A stretch of DNA of 32,000 nt from Promethearchaeum syntrophicum (GCF_008000775.2 NZ_CP042905.2:2160001-2192000), one strand, 5' to 3'. Numbered from the stretch's first letter, positions 9,128-17,043 are shown. The notes: generated by a model not told the origin, from the sequence alone. Made by a program: numbers and translations.

Positions 9128-9769
9128 TCATTCTAAAATATAGTGAATCATAGATTTGTATTTTCCATTTTTCAAAGCAATTAACTGCTCTTTTTCCATT
9201 TCTTCGATATATTTCAAAAGATTTTCCTGGGAGAAATTAGAATAGGTTTCGATTTCTTCTAACGCTAAAGATCCGTGTCTTAATAATATAAAAAGAATTT
9301 TTTTCTTTGGGAAATCTGATTCATGCCTGATAAACCAATCCATTGATTGTCTTATATCAATTTCAGTATTTTTAAGGCTGTTAACTTCATTGGCTAATTT
9401 GTTTAAAACCGCCTCTCTGGCTTTGAAAACAGATTGACTGGTTTTGAATAATCTCTCGATCTCCTCTAAAAGGTCATCTCCAAAGTGTTTGGAAACCACA
9501 TCGTTAATTAGACATAAAATATCCTTGAAATCTTCCGCATCTTCAAATTTATTTAAGATTAAGACCGTAACCTTTTGTAGTTCTTCGTTCCCTAAAGATA
9601 ACCCATTGAAATCTTCTTCCTTAATATTCATAATTCCGGGATTAAACGAATGACTGATTTGTAGAAGTTGCACAAAATTCACCGGAATGTCAAGATCTTT
9701 AGGATATTTTAAAGATATTATCCCACCTTCGTATTCATCCCAGTCAATTATAAATATCCCTTCAGGCAT
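9128..9769 (-). CDS. longin-like N-terminal domain / coiled coil / C-terminal winged-helix protein (hypothetical)
   Basis: ORF 9128..9778 starts at a GTG that lies inside GGTGA, so the ATG at 9769 (GGTGA-N5-ATG) is preferred. The N-terminal ~100 aa show a beta-beta-alpha-beta-beta-beta-alpha pattern collinear with sigma-adaptin/longin. A heptad-like helix lies in the middle. The C-terminus KKKILFILLRHGSLALEEIE...LIALKNGKY is wHTH-like. Confidence 0.6.
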   Translation of the reverse strand: MPEGIFIIDWDEYEGGIISLKYPKDLDIPVNFVQLLQISHSFNPGIMNIKEEDFNGLSLGNEELQKVTVLILNKFEDAEDFKDILCLINDVVSKHFGDDLLEEIERLFKTSQSVFKAREAVLNKLANEVNSLKNTEIDIRQSMDWFIRHESDFPKKKILFILLRHGSLALEEIETYSNFSQENLLKYIEEMEKEQLIALKNGKYKSMIHYILE

Positions 9770-9978
9770 TTTGTTCACCGAAATTGTAAATAATTAATCC
9801 AATTTTTATTAAATGTATTAAATGTAAAAAAACCTAATAATATTTATATATGTAATTTTGGAAATTTTTCCATTTTTTTTTATCCAAATCTCCTTTGGGT
9901 AGTAAAATTGAATTTATACTAAGTAATTCATAAATTTAGAATTTGAAATTACAGAAATAACTATGTCGGAAAAACAAA

Positions 9979-10272
9979 ATGCCATTATATTATGTATATA
10001 TCCTAAAATGTGAGAACATTAAGAATGGAAATGTAAGTCTCTATACGGGATCAACTCAAGATTTAATGAAACGATTTGAACAACATCGAAAAGGTGTTGG
10101 TGGAGCAAAGTATACGAGAGGAAAAAAACTTGAATTGGTTTATTTTGAGACCCATTTAACAAGAAGTGACGTGATGAAGCGGGAATATGAAATAAAAAGC
10201 TACACTTCTTCAAAAAAATGGGAAATTGTAGATGAATTTCAAAAAAAAATGGAGGATTCGAAATCTAAATGA
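9979..10272 (+). CDS. GIY-YIG nuclease-domain protein (UPF0213/Slx1-like small stand-alone form)
   Basis: YYVYILKC...LYTGSTQDLMKRFEQHRKG...REYEIK carries the GIY..YIG, R..H and E elements of the GIY-YIG fold. Confidence 0.85.
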   Translation: MPLYYVYILKCENIKNGNVSLYTGSTQDLMKRFEQHRKGVGGAKYTRGKKLELVYFETHLTRSDVMKREYEIKSYTSSKKWEIVDEFQKKMEDSKSK

Positions 10273-11156
10273 GTTTAAATTTATTCTTAAACAACTTCAA
10301 AACCTCAAGATATTCAGTTCTAATTCTTTTAATTGGTCTCCCTGCATCGGGAAAAAGTGTAATGGCTCAAAAACTAAAGAGTGAGTTAACAAATAAGCAT
10401 GGATTGAATAAAGTTTACATAATTGACACTGATATTATCCGATTTCGTCTTTTTGGAGCAGATTTTTGCCACACTAATGAAAAATCTGTGGTAGAAGAAA
10501 AAAATAAAGAGGTTTCTGACAAATTAAATCCGGGAAACATTATAATAGTTGATGATCTTCATTATTTAACATCAATGCGACATTATTTCTACGATTTGTG
10601 CAAGAAAAAAGGTGCAATATACATTCCAATTTATCTATCCACACCCATGTCACAATGTAAAAAATGGAATAAAAAGCGTGGATTACCAATTCCTCATGAA
10701 ATTATTGAGGAAATTGCTGCTAAAATTGATATCCCGGGCAAGAAATACCAATGGGATAGAACCCAATTAAATTTTGACCTCACTTCACAAAAAATAGATG
10801 AAAATGTTGAAGAATCGCTTCAACATATTGAAGAAAAATTAAAAAACGAATTTAATGTTTCATCTAAGAATCAATTTACCTTTAAAAATCAGACTTTTAA
10901 TGACCAGAAAATTAAAGACAATTCCTCATTTGATAAGGAATCTAGGATTATTATACACAAAATAATTACAAAAGATTATTCAGATGAAATTTTAACAAAA
11001 ATCGGAAAATATATCAATTTTTCATCATCTAATTTTACAAAACAAATTTCTTCGAAAAGGAAAAAATATGTAAAATGGTTAATCGGTCAAAAATCTCCGC
11101 ATTTAACAATCGAAGAATTTATAACTTTTTTAACAGAAACAAATACAAAATATTAG
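10269..11156 (+). CDS. pstK: L-seryl-tRNA(Sec) kinase (PSTK)-like P-loop kinase
   Basis: P-loop GLPASGKS. IIVDDLHYLTSMRHYF, IPHEIIEEIAAKIDIPGKKYQWD and DKESRIIIHKII are collinear with the archaeal PSTK sequence as I remember it (VDDTNYYNSMRR, IPNEVI...FDEPGKKYKWD, DKETRKIV). The ATG overlaps the GIY-YIG stop (ATGA). Confidence 0.7.
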   Translation: MSLNLFLNNFKTSRYSVLILLIGLPASGKSVMAQKLKSELTNKHGLNKVYIIDTDIIRFRLFGADFCHTNEKSVVEEKNKEVSDKLNPGNIIIVDDLHYLTSMRHYFYDLCKKKGAIYIPIYLSTPMSQCKKWNKKRGLPIPHEIIEEIAAKIDIPGKKYQWDRTQLNFDLTSQKIDENVEESLQHIEEKLKNEFNVSSKNQFTFKNQTFNDQKIKDNSSFDKESRIIIHKIITKDYSDEILTKIGKYINFSSSNFTKQISSKRKKYVKWLIGQKSPHLTIEEFITFLTETNTKY

Positions 11157-11196
11157 ACAAAAAATTTTAATTCATAACCTCTTCTAAATTATTGAT

Positions 11197-13509
11197 ATGG
11201 CAATAGGTGATATGGCTCCAACTGACGATGAAAGGAAGATTAAGTCTCTAAGGGTTTCGGAAATAGCAAAAGGTTCTGCAGGAAGATTCATGTGCAGAAT
11301 GAATATTGATATAATTAAAGAATTAGAACTTAAACCTGGTGAAATTGTCGAGATCATTGGAAAACGGAATACTGCTGCGATTTTATTTCCTTCTTCAGAT
11401 AAATCGGATGAGATAATTCGGTTGGATGGATTAACAAGACGTAATGCTGGTGTAGCTATTGGAGAATATGTTAAAGTTCGAAAATGTTATTATTCAGTTG
11501 CGAATAAGGTAGTTCTGAGTTTTATCCAATCGGATCTAAAAATTTCTTCAGAAAACCAAATTAAATTAAATTTACTAAATAAACCCTTAAAAGAAGGGGA
11601 AATTATTAATGTTTCTGGCTCTAATTTAGCAAAGAAAGAACAAGCAGGACCTTACAAGGATTTAAAGGAGATGATGCCTTTTTTAAAATCTCCCACAGTT
11701 TCAATCGGGGAAGTCCAGTTTGCTGTAGTTGATACTGAGCCAAAGGGGATAGTTCAAATCCAAAATTCTACTAATATTGAAATTAAAGAGGGATTTGTGG
11801 CAATTAATACTATGGGTAATATCACCACATATGATGATATAGGGGGATTATCGGATGTAATACAAAGAGTACGGGAAATGATTGAATTACCTCTAAAACA
11901 TCCTGAACTCTTTCAACGCGTTAATATCGATCCTCCTAAAGGTGTTTTACTTCACGGTCCTCCTGGAACAGGAAAAACTTTATTGGCTAGAGCTGTTTCC
12001 CAAGAAGCAAATGCAACGTTTATCACCATAAACGGACCAGAAATTATGAGTAAGTTTTATGGTGCTTCTGAAGAACGTTTACGTAAAATCTTCAAAGAAG
12101 CAGAAACTAAAGCACCTTCAATAATTTTCATTGATGAACTCGATTCTATCGCTCCAAAAAGAGAAAATGTTTCTGGAGAAGTAGAAAGAAGGGTTGTAGC
12201 TCAATTATTAGCCCTTTTAGATGGACTTAAAGGGCGTGGGAGAATAATTGTAATTGGAGCGACTAATAGGATCAATTCTATTGATGAAGCATTAAGAAGA
12301 CCAGGACGATTTGATAGAGAAATTGAATTGCAGGTACCAGATGCTGATGGAAGAAAAGAAATTTTGCAGATACATACACGAGGGATGCCTTTAGATGATA
12401 CCGTAGATTTGGACGAATATGCAAGGCTCTCTCATGGATTTGTTGGGGCTGATTTGATGGCTGTTGCACGTGAAGGTGCGATGTCGTCTCTGAGAAAAAT
12501 TCTTCCTAAGATAGATTTAGATAAACCAATACCTACAGAAATTTTAGATAATTTAGTCATCAACGACGACGATTTCCAAAATGCATTGAGAATGGTTGAA
12601 CCAAGTGCTATGCGCGAAGTTTTAATTGAAATTCCAAACATAGCATGGGATGATGTTGGGGGTTTAAATGAAGTTAAGCAAGAATTACAAGAATCTATTG
12701 AATGGCCCTTAATTTATCCCCACTTATACAAAAAAGCGGGGATTCGTTCCGTAAATGGTGTTCTTCTATTTGGCCCACCTGGTTGTGGGAAAACTCTACT
12801 GGCAAAAGCAGTTGCAACTGAATCAGAAATAAACTTTTTGGCTATAAAAGGACCAGAAATCTTCTCAAAATGGGTAGGGGAAAGTGAAAAAGCCATAAGA
12901 GACATCTTCAGAAAAGCGAGACTCGCAGCGCCTTCTATTATTTATTTCGATGAGCTTGATGCCATTGCTGCCACTAGAGGCGGCGGTATGGGAAATATGA
13001 GCGGTTCTAATGTAGGTATGCAAGTTGTAAATCAAATTCTTGTAGAAATGGACGGTGTTGAGGATCGCAAGGGAGTAATAATTGTAGCTAGTACAAATCG
13101 TCCCGATATTCTTGATCCTGCTTTATTACGTCCAGGTCGTTTTGATCGCATAGTTTACGTTCCCTCTCCAGACGCGAAAGGTCGAAAGAAGATATTAGAG
13201 GTTCATACCAAAGATATGCCAATTTCTGAAGATGTGAAATTAAATTTTTCTGATTTTGCAGAGCAATCTGAGGGTTATAGTGGTGCAGACCTTGAGAACG
13301 TAGTACGTGAGGCAGGTATGCAAGCAATTCGTGAACAATTAGAAGATTTTAAAGAGGTACAATTATCTAATTTTGAGTTTGCTTTTAAAAAAATACCTCC
13401 TTCATTAACTCCAAAGTTAATTCAAAAATATAACGAGATTGCGGATAAGCTTTCTCAACAGAAAATACGTACAATTGCATCTCTAAAAGATCCAGGATTA
13501 TTTACGTGA
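11197..13509 (+). CDS. cdc48: CDC48/VCP/p97-type AAA+ ATPase (two AAA domains)
   Basis: N-domain followed by D1 ([16 protein letters not shown]) and D2 ([16 protein letters not shown]), each with an RPGRFDR second region of homology. Confidence 0.95.
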   Translation: MAIGDMAPTDDERKIKSLRVSEIAKGSAGRFMCRMNIDIIKELELKPGEIVEIIGKRNTAAILFPSSDKSDEIIRLDGLTRRNAGVAIGEYVKVRKCYYSVANKVVLSFIQSDLKISSENQIKLNLLNKPLKEGEIINVSGSNLAKKEQAGPYKDLKEMMPFLKSPTVSIGEVQFAVVDTEPKGIVQIQNSTNIEIKEGFVAINTMGNITTYDDIGGLSDVIQRVREMIELPLKHPELFQRVNIDPPKGVLLHGPPGTGKTLLARAVSQEANATFITINGPEIMSKFYGASEERLRKIFKEAETKAPSIIFIDELDSIAPKRENVSGEVERRVVAQLLALLDGLKGRGRIIVIGATNRINSIDEALRRPGRFDREIELQVPDADGRKEILQIHTRGMPLDDTVDLDEYARLSHGFVGADLMAVAREGAMSSLRKILPKIDLDKPIPTEILDNLVINDDDFQNALRMVEPSAMREVLIEIPNIAWDDVGGLNEVKQELQESIEWPLIYPHLYKKAGIRSVNGVLLFGPPGCGKTLLAKAVATESEINFLAIKGPEIFSKWVGESEKAIRDIFRKARLAAPSIIYFDELDAIAATRGGGMGNMSGSNVGMQVVNQILVEMDGVEDRKGVIIVASTNRPDILDPALLRPGRFDRIVYVPSPDAKGRKKILEVHTKDMPISEDVKLNFSDFAEQSEGYSGADLENVVREAGMQAIREQLEDFKEVQLSNFEFAFKKIPPSLTPKLIQKYNEIADKLSQQKIRTIASLKDPGLFT

Positions 13510-13528
13510 AACAAATTTATACCTTTCA

Positions 13529-13537
13529 TTTTTTTTT
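13529..13537 (+). terminator. oligo-T (T9) tract downstream of cdc48
   Basis: T9 run about 20 nt after the TGA at 13507..13509. Archaeal RNAP terminates at oligo-T. Confidence 0.4.
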
Positions 13538-13577
13538 CTTTCATTAAGTCCAAAAATATCATTACATTAATTTAAAT

Positions 13578-14456
13578 GTGAATTATTCAAACAAATGGAC
13601 GGATCGTATTCTACTCGCCATTCAAAAGGCTTATCTAGAGGTAAAAGCATTAATTGGAACAAAAGAGGGAAATCAAAAGCACACGATAGGAGCTGGTGGA
13701 GATCTCACTCTTGAAATCGATAAAAGAGCAGAAAATTTAATAATTCAAACATTGGAATCATATAATGAGCCATTAGTATTTGTTTCGGAAGAGATTGGAA
13801 AATTTTACTGGGATCCTGTAGCAAAGCAACGTTTTTTTAAGTTTGAATCCAAAATTTGTTCTGATTATGTTATAATAGACCCAATTGATGGTTCTACCAA
13901 TGCAAAACGCGGAATTCCATTTTCTTGCATATCCGTTGCTTTTGCAGATGGGCCTACCTTAAATGATATTCAAGTTGGAGCTGTTTTTAATATCGGAACA
14001 GAAGATTTGTTTATAGCGGAAAAAAATATGGGCGCTTTTTTGAATAATAAAGCAATCCAATGTTCTCAAACAAAGAAGTTGGCTAGTAGCGTTGGTGGAA
14101 CAGATATACATATCAGAGATTTTTGTGAACCAAAGATAGAGGAGAAAAATATAATTCTAAAATATGCAAGGAAAGTTCGAATTATGGGATCTAGTGCATT
14201 AGAAATTTGCTTAGTAGCTGATGGATCTTTAGATTTTTATATAGATTTCCGTGGTATTTCAAGGATATGTGATTTTGCTGCAGCCTATTTAATCGTTAAA
14301 GAAGCGGGAGGATTTATTATCAATGATAAGGGCCGAGCTATATCTAAATCAACCAATAAATTTTCCATAGACAAAAGATATAATCTTCTTGTGGGATGCC
14401 CAGGATTAAAAGTAATTATGAAAAAAAAATTATTTCCCGATAAGTATAACCGCTAA
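13578..14456 (+). CDS. suhB: inositol monophosphatase / fructose-1,6-bisphosphatase family protein
   Basis: IDPIDGSTN metal-binding motif, EEIG, and CDFAAAYLIVKEAGG (WDxAAG-like). GTG start; there is no in-frame ATG near the N-terminus. Confidence 0.85.
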   Translation: MNYSNKWTDRILLAIQKAYLEVKALIGTKEGNQKHTIGAGGDLTLEIDKRAENLIIQTLESYNEPLVFVSEEIGKFYWDPVAKQRFFKFESKICSDYVIIDPIDGSTNAKRGIPFSCISVAFADGPTLNDIQVGAVFNIGTEDLFIAEKNMGAFLNNKAIQCSQTKKLASSVGGTDIHIRDFCEPKIEEKNIILKYARKVRIMGSSALEICLVADGSLDFYIDFRGISRICDFAAAYLIVKEAGGFIINDKGRAISKSTNKFSIDKRYNLLVGCPGLKVIMKKKLFPDKYNR

Positions 14457-14564
14457 AATGGTTGAAATGACCATTATTAATAAAACAGTAAATCCTATCC
14501 ATTGTTTCCTTTCTTGATTTTGGTGAGATCTCCTTTTTTTTCTTCGAGGTGGCATTTTTTTCAA

Positions 14565-15305
14565 TCACGCCTTAAAAGGAGTTCCGGCATTTAATTCATA
14601 AATTTTACTTTCCTCTTCATTTTGGAGCTTGATTTCTTCAGGAGTTAATTTCCGAATTAATTCAGTTAATACTACCCGATTATAACTTATCAATATTCTT
14701 GGGATTAAGTCTTTAGCTAAATATGTTCCATCTGGGATCGATTCTTTTAGTCGATAAAGTTTGCGCTCTTTGATAATCTGACCAAGATATTCCTTATGAG
14801 TCTCTAAATAGCCATAAATATTATTTCCGTCGATTACCATCTCACGCTTATATCCATCTGGAAGACTTATTTTTTCGAGTAAAAGAACAATTTTTTCAAG
14901 GGTTAAGTTCTTTAAGAGTTTATCATCTTCAGCCGTTCCTTCATATGCTGGACCTGTCTGTTCTTCTTCAAAAATTTCTTCTTTTTCGAGACCTACCATT
15001 ATTTTAAATGGCAGAGTTTCATCATTTTGATCTACAGTATTTATTTTAATTGCTGGTCCAATCCTATCTCGGATAGAACTTGCCTTATTAGCTGCTATGA
15101 ACTTCATCCTGGTGGAAGCTTCGCTACCAGCCCATATAAATGATCGATAGGTTTCTGCATTGACAAAATAAAGGATAAGTTTTGGGTTAAGGATTTCGTA
15201 GAGTTTGACGCCTTCTTCGAGTTCCAGTTCTTCAAATTCGGCTTTTTCATCGTTTAATTGAAAAACTTGAATGGGATTTTTTTTTTCTTTGGTCATGGAA
15301 ATCAT
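14565..15305 (-). CDS. gelsolin/cofilin-like domain protein with uncharacterised C-terminal domain
   Basis: Residues ~10-105 (IQVFQL...LILYFVNAETYRSFIWAGSEASTRMKFIAANKASSIRDRIG...INTVDQNDETLPF) follow the gelsolin-repeat pattern (L..d.fil.....iy.W.G..as..ek..A...A......g.....v.eg.E...F). The C-terminal ~140 aa are unassigned. Confidence 0.6.
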   Translation of the reverse strand: MISMTKEKKNPIQVFQLNDEKAEFEELELEEGVKLYEILNPKLILYFVNAETYRSFIWAGSEASTRMKFIAANKASSIRDRIGPAIKINTVDQNDETLPFKIMVGLEKEEIFEEEQTGPAYEGTAEDDKLLKNLTLEKIVLLLEKISLPDGYKREMVIDGNNIYGYLETHKEYLGQIIKERKLYRLKESIPDGTYLAKDLIPRILISYNRVVLTELIRKLTPEEIKLQNEEESKIYELNAGTPFKA

Positions 15306-15390
15306 TCAGAAATTTTTATAGAAATCTTGAGTATAAATTAGAATAGCATTTTAGATTTAAAAATTTTAAAAACTCTTATTTTTTAATGAA

Positions 15391-15499
15391 TGCGGGGAGA
15401 GGGATTTGAACTCTCGCGGCTCTACGCACTGGATTTCTCATCATCTTGATAAGATTGATTCTGAGTCCAGCATCGTGGACCAGACTTGATTATCCCCGC
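15391..15499 (-). tRNA. tRNA-Leu(CAG), type II (long variable arm), with ~25-nt intron 3' of anticodon position 37
   Basis: Hand fold of the minus strand. The acceptor GCGGGGA/TCCCCGC gives 7 bp, with discriminator A. The D stem is 3 bp (ATC/GAT). The anticodon stem CTGGA/TCCAG flanks the loop CTCAGAA, interrupted at about 15435..15459. The variable arm is 13 nt. The T arm is GAGAG-TTCAAAT-CCCTC with one A-C mismatch. No CCA is encoded. Confidence 0.85.
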
Positions 15500-15524
15500 T
15501 GATTTAAATTGTATGAAGGTTTTA

Positions 15525-15532
15525 CTTATAAA
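15525..15532 (-). promoter_or_regulatory. TATA-box-like element for the tRNA-Leu gene
   Basis: TTTATAAG on the minus strand, centred about 30 nt upstream of tRNA position 1. This matches archaeal TATA spacing, but the background is AT-rich. Confidence 0.4.
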
Positions 15533-15568
15533 AAATTTTTCTATAAGGAATTAACCACTACTTTCGGG

Positions 15569-15586
15569 GTGGGTTAAAAAACCCAC
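15569..15586. promoter_or_regulatory. perfect 7-bp GC-rich hairpin/palindrome (GTGGGTT-AAAA-AACCCAC) in a divergent intergenic region
   Basis: Read directly from the sequence. It lies between the tRNA promoter and the lyase start codon at 15630, so it is not positioned as a terminator. Confidence 0.3.
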
Positions 15587-15629
15587 TATAATTGGCTAAT
15601 TATAAAACCTTTTTAAAGAAATTAGCTTA

Positions 15630-17027
15630 ATGCTAAATACTATGAAGAGAAAGTTAATCGATCTTATCGAACCATTTAAAATTAAAGTGATTGAACCCGT
15701 TAGATTAGTTTCAGAAGAAAGAAGAAAACAAGCTATTAAAGAAGCGGGATATAACACATTTTTACTATTATCTGAAGATGTTTTTATTGATCTCTTGACT
15801 GATTCGGGTACTTCTGCAATGTCCGACAACCAATGGGCTGGAATGATGCTCGGTGATGAGGCTTACGCTGGGTCTAAAAACTTTTATCATCTTGAGAAAG
15901 CTATTCAAGATGTATTAGGATATAAATATGTTACTCCAACCCACCAAGGGCGAGGAGCTGAACATTTGATGTCTCAAGCTTTAATTTCAGAAGGGCAAAT
16001 CGTTCCAAGAAATATGTATTTTACAACCTCAAAATTACATGTTAATATTGCAGGAGGAGTAATGCCAGATGTAATTATTGATGAAGCGCATGATCCTGAA
16101 AACGAATTTGAGTTTAAAGGAAATGTTGATTTATTAAAATTACAAAAGGTTATTGATGAAAATGGACCAGAAAAGATTGCTTATGTGAACGTTGAGATGA
16201 ATGTTAACATGGCTGGTGGTCAACCAGTCTCAATGGCTAATTTAAGAGCAGTAAAGAAATTATGTGATCAATATAAAATTAAAGTCATTTTTGACGCAAC
16301 ACGATCCAGTGAGAATGCATATTTTATAAAAACTCGGGAAAAAGAATATGCAGATGTTCCAATTATAGATATATTGAATGAAATGATGAGTTATTCTGAT
16401 GGATGTATTTATAGTTCAAAGAAAGATTGCTTAGTTAATATTGGTGGTTTTCTCGCGACTCATGATAAAGAGATATTTGAAAAAACTCGTAGTATGGTTG
16501 TAGTTTATGAGGGGCTTCATACATATGGTGGTATGGCTGGTAGAGATATGGAAGCAGTTGCACGAGGATTACGAGAAAGCACACAGGTATCGTATTTAAA
16601 ATACAGAACTAACCAAGTTAAATTATTAGGTGATTTACTCATTGAAGGAGGGGTTCCAATTGTTCGACCCCCAGGTGGTCATGCGATATTTCTTAATGCT
16701 TTGAAGTTTCTCCCTCATCTTACACGTGAACAGTGGCCTGCTCAAACATTATCTGCTGCAATATACGAAGCATCTGGAGTTAGAAGCATGGAACGAGGTG
16801 CAATTAGCAAAGGTCGGGATAAAGATGGAAACAATATATTCCCAAATTTGGAATTAGTTAGACTTACAATCCCAAGAAGGGTATATACTAACACTCATAT
16901 AGAATATGCCGCAGAATGTATAATAGATCTTTACAAAAGAAGACACGAAATTCCTGGATTGAAAATGGTGTTCGAACCAGAATATCTCAGATTCTTCCAA
17001 GCTACTTTTGAACAATTACCTTTATAA
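15630..17027 (+). CDS. tpl: beta-eliminating lyase, tyrosine phenol-lyase-like (TPL/tryptophanase family, PLP-dependent)
   Basis: DLLTDSGTSAMSDNQWAGMMLGDEAYAGSKNFYHLE, PTHQGRGAE, the PLP-lysine segment SSKKDCLVNIGGFL, and GVRSMERG...LTIPRRVYT. From memory these segments are closer to Citrobacter TPL than to E. coli TnaA. An alternative start exists at 15642. Confidence 0.88.
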   Translation: MLNTMKRKLIDLIEPFKIKVIEPVRLVSEERRKQAIKEAGYNTFLLLSEDVFIDLLTDSGTSAMSDNQWAGMMLGDEAYAGSKNFYHLEKAIQDVLGYKYVTPTHQGRGAEHLMSQALISEGQIVPRNMYFTTSKLHVNIAGGVMPDVIIDEAHDPENEFEFKGNVDLLKLQKVIDENGPEKIAYVNVEMNVNMAGGQPVSMANLRAVKKLCDQYKIKVIFDATRSSENAYFIKTREKEYADVPIIDILNEMMSYSDGCIYSSKKDCLVNIGGFLATHDKEIFEKTRSMVVVYEGLHTYGGMAGRDMEAVARGLRESTQVSYLKYRTNQVKLLGDLLIEGGVPIVRPPGGHAIFLNALKFLPHLTREQWPAQTLSAAIYEASGVRSMERGAISKGRDKDGNNIFPNLELVRLTIPRRVYTNTHIEYAAECIIDLYKRRHEIPGLKMVFEPEYLRFFQATFEQLPL

Positions 17028-17031
17028 AATC

Positions 17032-17043
17032 TTTTTTTTTTTT
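17032..17043 (+). terminator. oligo-T (T12) terminator after the lyase gene
   Basis: T12 run beginning 5 nt after the TAA at 17025..17027. Confidence 0.55.

Noticed and set aside
9979-10272. GIY-YIG gene as a homing endonuclease or mobile element
   Set aside because: It is only a bare ~97-aa catalytic domain without a DNA-binding extension. There are no flanking repeats and no intron or intein context. It is translationally coupled to a housekeeping-type gene.
12278-13327. Five antisense ORFs of 63-79 aa inside cdc48 (12278..12469, 12432..12641, 12714..12905, 13088..13327) and similar antisense ORFs inside other genes (3499..3708, 4330..4512, 4493..4678, 6249..6491, 7394..7585, 8591..8791, 9444..9653, 10019..10213, 15596..15829, 17537..17770, 19211..19654, 19994..20284, 20594..20975, 23037..23228, 27828..28070, 29140..29331)
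   Set aside because: All are fully embedded in, or overlap, much longer ORFs with clear family motifs. Their translations are low-complexity or lack any recognisable motif. They are typical shadow ORFs.
14457-14564. Minus-strand mini-ORF (MPPRRKKKEISPKSRKET...) in the convergent gap between the IMPase and gelsolin-like genes
   Set aside because: It runs antisense into the IMPase 3' end. It has no hydrophobic or zinc-binding pattern and no SD. It is probably just the terminator region.
15435-15459. ATGATGA in the tRNA intron as a C box of an intron-encoded C/D sRNA
   Set aside because: The intron is only ~25 nt, which is too short for a C/D box sRNA, and no D box (CTGA) sits at the proper spacing inside it.
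15391-15499. Possibility that the tRNA near the PSTK gene is tRNA-Sec
   Set aside because: The hand fold gives a 7-bp acceptor stem, the anticodon CAG in a 7-nt loop and a Leu-type variable arm. There is no TCA anticodon and no 9/4 or 8/5 acceptor/T geometry.
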